This document shows positions 39,701-57,700 of a stretch of 64,000 nucleotides of DNA, one piece after another. The notes below the pieces were generated by a model that saw nothing but the letters and a program-made list of their open reading frames with translations, ran no database searches and was not told the DNA's origin. Made by a program: the position numbers and the translations under genes. The stretch's first letter is position 1; the number at the start of each line of letters is the position of its first letter. This DNA comes from Eledone cirrhosa (lineage: Eukaryota), in contig OZ024740.1 of NCBI GenBank assembly GCA_964016885.1, forward strand, positions 439,828,001 through 439,892,000. Direction: 5' to 3'.

Positions 39701-42700
39701 ACCACAAATCTGACTTCTATATAATAACACCACATGTCTGACATCTATATAATAACAGCACATGTCTGACATCTATATAATAGCACCACATGTCTGATAT
39801 TTATACAATAACACCACATGTCTGACATCTATATAATAACACCACAAGTCTGACATCTATATAATAACACCACAAGTCTGACATCTATACAATAATACCA
39901 CATGTCTGACATCTATACAATAATACCACATGTCTGACATCTATACAATAATACCACATGTCTGACATCTATATAATAACACCACAAGTATGACATCTAT
40001 ATAATAACACCACATGTTTGACATCTATATAATAACACCGCATGTGACATCTATATAATAACACCACATGTCTGACAACTATAAATTAACACCACATGTC
40101 TGACATCTATATAATAACACCACAAGTCTGACTTCTATATAATAACACCACAAGTCTGACATCTATATAATAACACCACAAGTCTGACATCTATATAATA
40201 ACACCACATGTCTGATATCTATATAATAACACCACAATTCTGACATCTATATAATAACACCACATGTCTGACATCTATATAATAACACCACATGCATGAC
40301 ATCTATATAATAACACATGTCTGACATCTATATAATAACACCATATGTCTGACATCTATATAATAACACCACATGTGACATCTATATAATAACACCACAC
40401 GCCTGACATCTATATAATAACACCATATGTCTGACATCTATATAATAACACCAGAAGTCTGACATCTATTTAATAACACCACAAGTCTGACATATATACA
40501 ATAATATCACATGTCTGACATCTATATAATAACACCAGATGTCTGACATCTATATAATAACACCACATGTGACATATATATAATAACACCACATGTCTGA
40601 CATCTATATAATAACACCACATGTCTGGCATTTATATAATAACACCACATGTCTGACAACTATATAATAACAGCACATGTCTGACATCTATATAATAGCA
40701 TCACATGTCTGACATCTATACAATAACACCACATGTCTGGCATCTATATAATAACACCACAAGTCTGACATCTATATAATAACACCACAAGTCTGACATC
40801 TATATAATAACACCACAAGTCTGACATCTATACAATAATACCACATGTCTGACATCTATATAATAACACCACAGGTATGACATCTATATAATAACACCAC
40901 ATGTGACATCTATGTAATAACACCACATGTCTGACATCTATAAATTAACACCACATGTCTGACATCTATATAATAACACCACATGTGTGACATCTATATA
41001 ATAACACCACAAGTCTGACATCTATATAATAACGCCACAAATCTGACATCTATATAATAACACCACATGTCTGACATCTATATAATAGCACCACAATTCT
41101 GACATCTATATAAAAACACCACATGTCTGACATCTATATAATAACACCACATGTATGACATCTATATAATAACACAACATGTCTGACATATATATAATAA
41201 CCCCAGATGTCTGACATCTATATAATAACACATGTCAGACATCTATATAATAACACCACAAGTCTGACATCTATATAATAACACCACATGTCTGACATCT
41301 ATATAATAACACCACATGTGACATCTATATAATAACACCAAATGTCTGACATCTATATAACAACACCACATGTCTGACATCTATATAATAACAAAACATG
41401 TCTGACATCTATATAATAACACCACAAGTCTGACATCTATATAATAACACCACAAGTCTGAGATCTATACAATAATACCAGATGTCTGACATCTATATAA
41501 TAACACCACATGTCTGACTTCTATATAATAACACCACATGTCTGACATCTATATAATAACAGCACATATCTGACATCTATATAATAGCACCACATGTCTA
41601 ACATCTATACAATAACACCACATGTCTGACATCTATATAATAACAGCACAAGTCTGACAACTATATAATAATACCACAAGTGTGACATCTAAATAATAAC
41701 ACCACAAGTCTAACATCTATACAATAATACCACATGTCTGATATCTATATAATAACACCACAATTCTGACATCTATATAATAACACCACATGTTTGACAT
41801 CTATATAATAACACTGCATGTGACATCTATATAATAAAACCACATGTCTGACAACTATAAATTAACACCACATGTCTGACATCTATATAATAACACCACA
41901 AGTCTGACATCTATATAATAACACCACAAGTCTGAGATCTATATAATAACACCACAAGTCTGACATCTATATAATAACACCACATGTCTGATATCTATAT
42001 AATAACACCACAAGTCTGACATCTATACAATAACACAACATGTCTGACATCTATATAATAACACCACATGTCTGACATCCATATAATAACACCACATGTC
42101 TGACATCTATACAATATCACCACATGTCTGACATCTATATAATAACACCACAAGTCTGACATCTATATAATAACACCACAAGTCTGACATCTATATAATA
42201 ACACCACATGTCTGACATCTATACAATAACACCACATGTCTGACATCTATATAATAACACCACAAGTCTGACATCTATATAATAACACCGCATGTCTGAC
42301 AACTATATAATAAGAGCACATGTCTGACATCTATATAATAGCATCAGATGTCTGATATCTATACAATAACACCACATGTCTGACATCTATATAATAACAC
42401 CACAAGTCTGACATCTATATAATAACACCACAAGTGACATCTATATAATAACACCGCATGTCTGACAACTATATAATAACAGCACATGTCTGACATCTAT
42501 ATAATAGCATCACATGTCTGACATCTATACAATAACACCACATGGCTTACATCTATATAATAACACCACAAGGCTGACATCTATACAATAATACCACATG
42601 TCTGACATCTATATAATAACACCACATGTCTGACATATATATAATAACACCACATGTGACATCTATATAATAACACCACATGTCTGACATCTATAAATTA

Positions 42701-45700
42701 ACACCACATGTCTGACATCTATATAATAAGACCACAAGTCTGACATCTATATAATAAGACCACAAGTCTGACTTCTATATAATAACACCACAAGTCTGAC
42801 ATCTATATAATAACACAACATGTCTGATATCTATATAATAGCACCACAATTCTGAAATCTACATAACAACACCACATGTATGACATCTATATAATAACAC
42901 CACATGTATGACATCTATATAATAACACATGTCTGACATCTATATAATAACCCCAGATGTCTGACATCTATATAATAACACAACATGTCTGACATCTATA
43001 TAATTACACCACAAATCTGACTTCTATATAATAACACCACATGTCTGACATCTATATAATAACAGCACATGTCTGACATCTATATAATAGCACCACATGT
43101 CTGATATTTATACAATAACACCACATGTCTGACATCTATATAATAACACCACAAGTCTGACATCTATATAATAACACCACAAGTCTGACATCTATACAAT
43201 AATACCACATGTCTGACATCTATACAATAATACCACATGTCTGACATCTATACAATAATACCACATGTCTGACATCTATATAATAACACCACAAGTCTGA
43301 CATCTATATAATAACACCACATGTCTGACATCTATATAATAACACCGCATGTGACATCTATATAATAACACCACATGTCTGACAACTATAAATTAACACC
43401 ACATGTCTGACATCTATATAATAACACCACAAGTCTGACTTCTATATAATAATACCACAAGTCTGACATCTATATAATAACACCACAAGTCTGACATCTA
43501 TATAATAACACCACATGTCTGATATCTATATAATAACACCACAATTCTGACATCTATATAATAACACCACATGTCTGACATCTATATAATAACACCACAT
43601 GCATGACATCTATATAATAACACATGTCTGACATCTATATAATAACACCATATGTCTGACATCTATATAATAACACCACATGTGACATCTATATAATAAC
43701 ACCACACGCCTGACATCTATATAATAACACCATATGTCTGACATCTATATAATAACACCAGAAGTCTGACATCTATTTAATAACACCACAAGTCTGACAT
43801 CTATACAATAATATCACATGTCTGACATCTATATAATAACACCAGATGTCTGACATCTATATAATAACACCACATGTGACATATATATAATAACACCACA
43901 TGTCTGACATCTATATAATAACACCACATGTCTGGCATCTATATAATAACACCACATGTCTGACAACTATATAATAACAGCACATGTCTGACATCTATAT
44001 AATATCATCACATGTCTGACATCTATACAATAACACCACATGTCTGACATCTATATAATAACACCACAAGTCTGACATCTATATAATAACACCACAAGTC
44101 TGACATCTATATAATAACACCACAAGTCTGACATCTATACAATAATACCACATGTCTGACATCTATATAATAACACCAGTTGTCTGACATCTATGTAATA
44201 ACACCACAAGTCTGACATCTATACAATAACACATGTCTGACATCTATATAATTACACCACAAGTCTGACTTCTATATAATAACACCACATGTCTGACATC
44301 TATATAATAACAGCACATGTCTGACATCTATATAATAGCACCACATGTCTGACATCTATACAATAACACCACATGTCTGACATCTATATAATAACACCAC
44401 AAGTCTGACATCTATATAATAACACCACAAGTATATATTAACACCACATGTCTGCCATCTATATAATAACACCAGTTGTCTGGCATCTATATAATAACAC
44501 CACAAGTCTGACATCTATACAATAACACAACATGTCTGACATCTATATAATTACACCACAAATCTGACTTCTATATAATAACACCACATGTCTGACATCT
44601 ATATAATAACAGCACATGTCTGACATCTATATAATAGCACCACATGTCTGATATTTATACAATAACACCACATGTCTGACATCTATATAATAACACCACA
44701 AGTCTGACATCTATATAATAACACCACAAGTCTGACATCTATACAATAATACCACATGTCTGACATCTATACAATAATACCACATGTCTGACATCTATAC
44801 AATAATACCACATGTCTGACATCTATATAATAACACCACAAGTCTGACATCTATATAATAACACCACATGTCTGACATCTATATAATAACACCGCATGTG
44901 ACATCTATATAATAACACCACATGTCTGACAACTATAAATTAACACCACATGTCTGACATCTATATAATAACACCACAAGTCTGACTTCTATATAATAAC
45001 ACCACAAGTCTGACATCTATATAATAACACCACAAGTCTGACATCTATATAATAACACCACATGTCTGATATCTATATAATAACACCACAATTCTGACAT
45101 CTATATAATAACACCACATGTCTGACATCTATATAATAACACCACATGCATGACATCTATATAATAACACATGTCTGACATCTATATAATAACACCATAT
45201 GTCTGACATCTATATAATAACACCACATGTGACATCTATATAATAACACCACACGCCTGACATCTATATAATAACACCATATGTCTGACATCTATATAAT
45301 AACACCAGAAGTCTGACATCTATTTAATAACACCACAAGTCTGACATCTATACAATAATATCACATGTCTGACATCTATATAATAACACCAGATGTCTGA
45401 CATCTATATAATAACACCACATGTGACATATATATAATAACACCACATGTCTGACATCTATATAATAACACCACATGTCTGGCATCTATATAATAACACC
45501 ACATGTCTGACAACTATATAATAACAGCACATGTCTGACATCTATATAATAGCATCACATGTCTGACATCTATACAATAACACCACATGTCTGGCATCTA
45601 TATAATAACACCACAAGTCTGACATCTATATAATAACACCACAAGTCTGACATCTATATAATAACACCACAAGTCTGACATCTATACAATAATACCACAT

Positions 45701-48700
45701 GTCTGACATCTATATAATAACACCACAGGTGTGACATCTATATAATAACACCACATGTGACATCTATGTAATAACACCACATGTCTGACATCTATAAATT
45801 AACACCACATGTCTGACATCTATATAATAACACCACATGTGTGACATCTATATAATAACACCACAAGTCTGACATCTATATAATAACGCCACAAATCTGA
45901 CATCTATATAATAACACCACATGTCTGACATCTATATAATAGCACCACAATTCTGACATCTATATAAAAACACCACATGTCTGACATCTATATAATAACA
46001 CCACATGTATGACATCTATATAATAACACAACATGTCTGACATATATATAATAACCCCAGATGTCTGACATCTATATAATAACACATGTCAGACATCTAT
46101 ATAATAACACCACAAGTCTGACATCTATATAATAACACCACATGTCTGACATCTATATAATAACACCACATGTGACATCTATATAATAACACCAAATGTC
46201 TGACATCTATATAACAACACCACATGTCTGACATCTATATAATAACAAAACATGTCTGACATCTATATAATAACACCACAAGTCTGACATCTATATAATA
46301 ACACCACAAGTCTGAGATCTATACAATAATACCAGATGTCTGACATCTATATAATAACACCACATGTCTGACTTCTATATAATAACACCACATGTCTGAC
46401 ATCTATATAATAACAGCACATATCTGACATCTATATAATAGCACCACATGTCTAACATCTATACAATAACACCACATGTCTGACATCTATATAATAACAG
46501 CACAAGTCTGACAACTATATAATAATACCACAAGTGTGACATCTAAATAATAACACCACAAGTCTAACATCTATACAATAATACCACATGTCTGATATCT
46601 ATATAATAACACCACAATTCTGACATCTATATAATAACACCACATGTTTGACATCTATATAATAACACTGCATGTGACATCTATATAATAAAACCACATG
46701 TCTGACAACTATAAATTAACACCACATGTCTGACATCTATATAATAACACCACAAGTCTGACATCTATATAATAACACCACAAGTCTGAGATCTATATAA
46801 TAACACCACAAGTCTGACATCTATATAATAACACCACATGTCTGATATCTATATAATAACACCACAAGTCTGACATCTATACAATAACACAACATGTCTG
46901 ACATCTATATAATAACACCACATGTCTGACATCCATATAATAACACCACATGTCTGACATCTATACAATATCACCACATGTCTGACATCTATATAATAAC
47001 ACCACAAGTCTGACATCTATATAATAACACCACAAGTCTGACATCTATATAATAACACCACATGTCTGACATCTATACAATAACACCACATGTCTGACAT
47101 CTATATAATAACACCACAAGTCTGACATCTATATAATAACACCGCATGTCTGACAACTATATAATAAGAGCACATGTCTGACATCTATATAATAGCATCA
47201 GATGTCTGATATCTATACAATAACACCACATGTCTGACATCTATATAATAACACCACAAGTCTGACATCTATATAATAACACCACAAGTGACATCTATAT
47301 AATAACACCGCATGTCTGACAACTATATAATAACAGCACATGTCTGACATCTATATAATAGCATCACATGTCTGACATCTATACAATAACACCACATGTC
47401 TTACATCTATATAATAACACCACAAGTCTGACATCTATACAATAATACCACATGTCTGACATCTATATAATAACACCACATGTCTGACATATATATAATA
47501 ACACCACATGTGACATTTATATAATAACACCACATGTCTGACATCTATAAATTAACACCACATGTCTGACATCTATATAATAAGACCACAAGTCTGACTT
47601 CTATATAATAACACCACAAGTCTGACATCTATATAATAACACAACATGTCTGACATCTATATAATAGCACCACAATTCTGACATCTACATAACAACACCA
47701 CATGTATGACATCTATATAATAACACCACATGTATGACATCTATATAATAACACATGTCTGACATCTATATAATAACCCCAGATGTCTGACATCTATATA
47801 ATAACACAACATGTCTGACATCTATATAATTACACCACAAATCTGACTTCTATATAATAACACCACATGTCTGACATCTATATAATAACAGCACATGTCT
47901 GACATCTATATAATAGCACCACATGTCTGATATTTATACAATAACACCACATGTCTGACATCTATATAATAACACCACAAGTCTGACATCTATATAATAA
48001 CACCACAAGTCTGACATCTATACAATAATACCACATGTCTGACATCTATACAATAATACCACATGTCTGACATCTATACAATAATACCACATGTCTGACA
48101 TCTATATAATAACACCACAAGTCTGACATCTATATAATAACACCACATGTCTGACATCTATATAATAACACCGCATGTGACATCTATATAATAACACCAC
48201 ATGTCTGACAACTATAAATTAACACCACATGTCTGACATCTATATAATAACACCACAAGTCTGACTTCTATATAATAATACCACAAGTCTGACATCTATA
48301 TAATAACACCACAAGTCTGACATCTATATAATAACACCACATGTCTGATATCTATATAATAACACCACAATTCTGACATCTATATAATAACACCACATGT
48401 CTGACATCTATATAATAACACCACATGCATGACATCTATATAATAACACATGTCTGACATCTATATAATAACACCATATGTCTGACATCTATATAATAAC
48501 ACCACATGTGACATCTATATAATAACACCACACGCCTGACATCTATATAATAACACCATATGTCTGACATCTATATAATAACACCAGAAGTCTGACATCT
48601 ATTTAATAACACCACAAGTCTGACATCTATACAATAATATCACATGTCTGACATCTATATAATAACACCAGATGTCTGACATCTATATAATAACACCACA

Positions 48701-51700
48701 TGTGACATATATATAATAACACCACATGTCTGACATCTATATAATAACACCACATGTCTGGCATCTATATAATAACACCACATGTCTGACAACTATATAA
48801 TAACAGCACATGTCTGACATCTATATAATATCATCACATGTCTGACATCTATACAATAACACCACATGTCTGACATCTATATAATAACACCACAAGTCTG
48901 ACATCTATATAATAACACCACAAGTCTGACATCTATATAATAACACCACAAGTCTGACATCTATACAATAATACCACATGTCTGACATCTATATAATAAC
49001 ACCACAGGTATGACATCTATATAATAACACCACATGTGACATCTATGTAATAACACCACATGTCTGACATCTATAAATTAACACCACATGTCTGACATCT
49101 ATATAATAACACCACATGTGTGACATCTATATAATAACACCACAAGTCTGACATCTATATAATAACGCCACAAATCTGACATCTATATAATAACACCACA
49201 TGTCTGACATCTATATAATAGCACCACAATTCTGACATCTATATAAAAACACCACATGTCTGACATCTATATAATAACACCACATGTATGACATCTATAT
49301 AATAACACAACATGTCTGACATATATATAATAACCCCAGATGTCTGACATCTATATAATAACACATGTCTGACATCTATATAATAACAGCACATGTCAGA
49401 CATCTATATAATAACACCACAAGTCTGACATCTATATAATAACACCACATGTCTGACATCTATATAATAACACCACATGTGACATCTATATAATAACACC
49501 AAATGTCTGACATCTATATAACAACACCACATGTCTGACATCTATATAATAACACCACATGTCTGACATCTATATAATAACACCACAAGTCTGACATCTA
49601 TATAATAACACCACAAGTCTGAGATCTATACAATAATACCAGATGTCTGACATCTATATAATAACACCACATGTCTGACTTCTATATAATAACACCACAT
49701 GTCTGACATCTATATAATAACAGCACATATCTGACATCTATATAATAGCACCACATGTCTAACATCTATACAATAACACCACATGTCTGACATCTATATA
49801 ATAACAGCACAAGTCTGACAACTATATAATAATACCACAAGTGTGACATCTAAATAATAACACCACAAGTCTAACATCTATACAATAATACCACATGTCT
49901 GATATCTATATAATAACACCACAATTCTGACATCTATATAATAACACCACATGTTTGACATCTATATAATAACACTGCATGTGACATCTATATAATAAAA
50001 CCACATGTCTGACAACTATAAATTAACACCACATGTCTGACATCTATATAATAACACCACAAGTCTGACATCTATATAATAACACCACAAGACTGACATC
50101 TATACAATAACACAACATGTCAGACATCTATATAATAACACCACATGTCTGACATCTATATAATAACACCACATGTCTGACATCTATATAATATCACCAT
50201 ATGTCTGACATCTATATAATAACACCACATGTTTGACATCTTTATAATAACACCACATGTCTGACATCTATACAATAACACCACAAGTCTGACATCTATA
50301 CAATAACACCGTATGTCTGACATCTATATAATAACACCCCATGTCTGACATCTATACAATAACACAACATGTCTGACATCTATATAATAACACCACAAGT
50401 CTGACATCTGTATAATAACACGACAAGTCTGACATCTATATAATAACACCACATGTCTGACATCTATATAATAACACCACATGTCTGACATCTATATAAT
50501 AACACCATACGTCTGACATCTATATAATAACACCACAAGTCTGACATCTATACAATAATACCACATGTCTGACATCTATATAATAACACCTGTTGTCTGA
50601 CATCTATATAATAACACCACAAGTCTGACATCTATACAATAACACAACATGTCTGACATCTATATAATAACACCACATGTCTGACATCTATATAATAACA
50701 CCACATGTCTGACATCTATATAATAACACCACATGTCTGACATCTATATAATAATACCATATGTCTGACATCTATATAATAACACCACAAGTCTGACATC
50801 TATATAATAATACCACATGTCTGACATCTATATAATAACACCTGTTGTCTGACATCTATATAATAACACCACAAGTCTGACATCTATACAATAACACAAC
50901 ATGTCTGACATCTATATAATAACACCACATGTCTGACATCCATATAATAACACCACATGTCTGACATCTATACAATAATACCACATGTCTGACATATATA
51001 CAATAATACCACATGTCTGACATCTATACAATAATACCACATGTCTGACATCTATATAATAACACCACAAGTCTGACATCTATATAATAACACCACATGT
51101 CTGACATCTATATAATAACACCGCATGTGACATCTATATAATAACACCACATGTCTGACAACTATAAATTAACACCACATGTCTGACATCTATATAATAA
51201 CACCACAAGTCTGACTTCTATATAATAACACCACAAGTCTGACATCTATATAATAACACCACAAGTCTGACATCTATATAATAACACCACATGTCTGATA
51301 TCTATATAATAACACCACAATTCTGACATCTATATAATAACACCACATGTCTGACATCTATATAATAACACCACATGCATGACATCTATATAATAACACA
51401 TGTCTGACATCTATATAATAACACCATATGTCTGACATCTATATAATAACACCACATGTGACATCTATATAATAACACCACACGCCTGACATCTATATAA
51501 TAACACCATATGTCTGACATCTATATAATAACACCAGAAGTCTGACATCTATTTAATAACACCACAAGTCTGACATCTATACAATAATATCACATGTCTG
51601 ACATCTATATAATAACACCAGATGTCTGACATCTATATAATAACACCACATGTGACATATATATAATAACACCACATGTCTGACATCTATATAATAACAC

Positions 51701-54700
51701 CACATGTCTGGCATCTATATAATAACACCACATGTCTTACAACTATATAATAACAGCACATGTCTGACATCTATATAATAGCATCACATGTCTGACATCT
51801 ATACAATAACACCACATGTCTGACATCTATATAATAACACCAGAAGTCTGACATCTATATAATAACACCACAAGTCTGACATCTATATAATAACACCACA
51901 AGTCTGACATCTATACAATAATACCACATGTCTGACATCTATATAATAACACCACAGGTATGACATCTATATAATAACACCACATGTGACATCTATGTAA
52001 TAACACCACATGTCTGACATCTATAAATTAACACCACATGTCTGACATCTATATAATAACACCACATGTGTGACATCTATATAATAACACCACAAGTCTG
52101 ACATCTATATAATAACGCCACAAATCTGACATCTATATAATAACACCACATGTCTGACATCTATATAATAGCACCACAATTCTGACATCTATATAAAAAC
52201 ACCACATGTCTGACATCTATATAATAACACCACATGTATGACATCTATATAATAACACAACATGTCTGACATATATATAATAACCCCAGATGTCTGACAT
52301 CTATACAATAACACCACATGTCTGACATCTATATAATAACACCACAAGTCTGACATCTATATAATAACACCGCATGTCTGACAACTATATAATAAGAGCA
52401 CATGTCTGACATCTATATAATAGCATCAGATGTCTGATATCTATACAATAACACCACATGTCTGACATCTATATAATAACACCACAAGTCTGACATCTAT
52501 ATAATAATACCACATGTCTGACATCTATATAATAACACCACATGTCTGACATATATATAATAACACCACATGTGACATCTATATAATAACACCACATGTC
52601 TGACATCTATAAATTAACACCACATGTCTAACATCTATATAATAAGACCACAAGTCTGACATCTATATAATAACACCACAAGTCTGACATCTATATAATA
52701 ACACTACAAGTCTGACATCTATATAATAACACCACATGTCTGACATATATATAATAGCACCACAATTCTGACATCTACATAAGAACACCACATGTATGAC
52801 ATCTATATAATAACACCACATGTATGACATCTATATAATAACACAACATGTCTGACATCTATATAATAACCCCAGATGTCTGACATCTATATAATAACAC
52901 AGCATGTCTGACATCTATATAATAACACCACATGTGACATCTATATAATAACACCACATGTCTGACATCTATATAACGACACCACATGTCTGACATCTAT
53001 ATAATAACACCACATGTCTGACATCTATATAATAACACCACAAGTCTGACATCTATATAATAACACCACAAGTCTGAGATCTATACAATAATACCAGATG
53101 TCTGACATATATATAATAACACCAGATGTCTGACATCTATATAATAACACCACATGTGACATCTATATAATAACACCACATGTCTGACATCTATAAATTA
53201 ACACCACATGTCTGACATATATATAATAATACCAGATGTCTGACATCTATATAATAACACCACATGTCTGACATCTATACAATAACACCACAAGTCTGAC
53301 ATCTATACAATAATACCACATGTCTGACAGCTATATAATAACACCAGTTGTCTGACATCTATGTAATAACACCACAAGTCTGACATCTATATAATAACAC
53401 CACAAGTATATATTAACACCACATGCCTGCCATCTATATAATAACACCAGTTGTCTGGCATCTATATAATTACACCACAAATCTGACTTCTATATAATAA
53501 CACCACATGTCTGACATCTATATAATAACAGCACATGTCTGACATCTATATAATAGCACCACATGTCTGATATTTATACAATAACACCACATGTCTGACA
53601 TCTATATAATAACACCACAAGTCTGACATCTATATAATAACACCACAAGTCTGACATCTATACAATAATACCACATGTCTGACATCTATACAATAATACC
53701 ACATGTCTGACATCTATACAATAATACCACATGTCTGACATCTATATAATAACACCACAAGTATGACATCTATATAATAACACCACATGTCTGACATCTA
53801 TATAATAACACCGCATGTGACATCTATATAATAACACCACATGTCTGACAACTATAAATTAACACCACATGTCTGACATCTATATAATAACACCACAAGT
53901 CTGACTTCTATATAATAACACCACAAGTCTGACATCTATATAATAACACCACAAGTCTGACATCTATATAATAACACCACATGTCTGATATCTATATAAT
54001 AACACCACAATTCTGACATCTATATAATAACACCACATGTCTGACATCTATATAATAACACCACATGCATGACATCTATATAATAACACATGTCTGACAT
54101 CTATATAATAACACCATATGTCTGACATCTATATAATAACACCACATGTGACATCTATATAATAACACCACACGCCTGACATCTATATAATAACACCATA
54201 TGTCTGACATCTATATAATAACACCAGAAGTCTGACATCTATTTAATAACACCACAAGTCTGACATATATACAATAATATCACATGTCTGACATCTATAT
54301 AATAACACCAGGTGTCTGACATCTATATAATAACACCACATGTGACATATATATAATAACACCACATGTCTGACATCTATATAATAACACCACATGTCTG
54401 GCATCTATATAATAACACCACATGTCTGACAACTATATAATAACAGCACATGTCTGACATCTATATAATAGCATCACATGTCTGATATCTATACAATAAC
54501 ACCACATGTCTGGCATCTATATAATAACACCACAAGTCTGACATCTATATAATAACACCACAAGTCTGACATCTATATAATAACACCACAAGTCTGACAT
54601 CTATACAATAATACCACATGTCTGACATCTATATAATAACACCACAGGTATGACATCTATATAATAACACCACATGTGACATCTATGTAATAACACCACA

Positions 54701-57700
54701 TGTCTGACATCTATAAATTAACACCACATGTCTGACATCTATATAATAACACCACATGTGTGACATCTATATAATAACACCACAAGTCTGACATCTATAT
54801 AATAACGCCACAAATCTGACATCTATATAATAACACCACATGTCTGACATCTATATAATAGCACCACAATTCTGACATATATATAAAAACACCACATGTC
54901 TGACATCTATATAATAACACCACATGTATGACATCTATATAATAACACAACATGTCTGACATATATATAATAACCCCAGATGTCTGACATCTATATAATA
55001 ACACATGTCAGACATCTATATAATAACACCACAAGTCTGACATCTATATAATAACACCACATGTCTGACATCTATATAATAACACCACATGTGACATCTA
55101 TATAATAACACCAAATGTCTGACATCTATATAACAACACCACATGTCTGACATCTATATAATAACAAAACATGTCTGACATCTATATAATAACACCACAA
55201 GTCTGACATCTATATAATAACACCACAAGTCTGAGATCTATACAATAATACCAGATGTCTGACATCTATATAATAACACCACATGTCTGACTTCTATATA
55301 ATAACACCACATGTCTGACATCTATATAATAACAGCACATATCTGACATCTATATAATAGCACCACATGTCTAACATCTATACAATAACACCACATGTCT
55401 GACATCTATATAATAACAGCACAAGTCTGACAACTATATAATAATACCACAAGTGTGACATCTAAATAATAACACCACAAGTCTAACATCTATACAATAA
55501 TACCACATGTCTGATATCTATATAATAACACCACAATTCTGACATCTATATAATAACACCACATGTTTGACATCTATATAATAACACTGCATGTGACATC
55601 TATATAATAAAACCACATGTCTGACAACTATAAATTAACACCACATGTCTGACATCTATATAATAACACCACAAGTCTGACATCTATATAATAACACCAC
55701 AAGTCTGAGATCTATATAATAACACCACAAGTCTGACATCTATATAATAACACCACATGTCTGATATCTATATAATAACACCACAAGTCTGACATCTATA
55801 CAATAACACAACATGTCTGACATCTATATAATAACACCACATGTCTGACATCCATATAATAACACCACATGTCTGACATCTATACAATATCACCACATGT
55901 CTGACATCTATATAATAACACCACAAGTCTGACATCTATATAATAACACCACAAGTCTGACATCTATATAATAACACCACATGTCTGACATCTATACAAT
56001 AACACCACATGTCTGACATCTATATAATAACACCACAAGTCTGACATCTATATAATAACACCGCATGTCTGACAACTATATAATAAGAGCACATGTCTGA
56101 CATCTATATAATAGCATCAGATGTCTGATATCTATACAATAACACCACATGTCTGACATCTATATAATAACACCACAAGTCTGACATCTATATAATAACA
56201 CCACAAGTGACATCTATATAATAACACCGCATGTCTGACAACTATATAATAACAGCACATGTCTGACATCTATATAATAGCATCACATGTCTGACATCTA
56301 TACAATAACACCACATGTCTTACATCTATATAATAACACCACAAGGCTGACATCTATACAATAATACCACATGTCTGACATCTATATAATAACACCACAT
56401 GTCTGACATATATATAATAACACCACATGTGACATCTATATAATAACACCACATGTCTGACATCTATAAATTAACACCACATGTCTGACATCTATATAAT
56501 AAGACCACAAGTCTGACATCTATATAATAAGACCACAAGTCTGACTTCTATATAATAACACCACAAGTCTGACATCTATATAATAACACAACATGTCTGA
56601 TATCTATATAATAGCACCACAATTCTGAAATCTACATAACAACACCACATGTATGACATCTATATAATAACACCACATGTATGACATCTATATAATAACA
56701 CATGTCTGACATCTATATAATAACCCCAGATGTCTGACATCTATATAATAACACAACATGTCTGACATCTATATAATTACACCACAAATCTGACTTCTAT
56801 ATAATAACACCACATGTCTGACATCTATATAATAACAGCACATGTCTGACATCTATATAATAGCACCACATGTCTGATATTTATACAATAACACCACATG
56901 TCTGACATCTATATAATAACACCACAAGTCTGACATCTATATAATAACACCACAAGTCTGACATCTATACAATAATACCACATGTCTGACATCTATACAA
57001 TAATACCACATGTCTGACATCTATACAATAATACCACATGTCTGACATCTATATAATAACACCACAAGTCTGACATCTATATAATAACACCACATGTCTG
57101 ACATCTATATAATAACACCGCATGTGACATCTATATAATAACACCACATGTCTGACAACTATAAATTAACACCACATGTCTGACATCTATATAATAACAC
57201 CACAAGTCTGACTTCTATATAATAATACCACAAGTCTGACATCTATATAATAACACCACAAGTCTGACATCTATATAATAACACCACATGTCTGATATCT
57301 ATATAATAACACCACAATTCTGACATCTATATAATAACACCACATGTCTGACATCTATATAATAACACCACATGCATGACATCTATATAATAACACATGT
57401 CTGACATCTATATAATAACACCATATGTCTGACATCTATATAATAACACCACATGTGACATCTATATAATAACACCACACGCCTGACATCTATATAATAA
57501 CACCATATGTCTGACATCTATATAATAACACCAGAAGTCTGACATCTATTTAATAACACCACAAGTCTGACATCTATACAATAATATCACATGTCTGACA
57601 TCTATATAATAACACCAGATGTCTGACATCTATATAATAACACCACATGTGACATATATATAATAACACCACATGTCTGACATCTATATAATAACACCAC

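Noticed and set aside
54795-55004. 69-aa ORF in the 28-bp satellite
   Set aside because: Chance stop-free run in tandem repeats.
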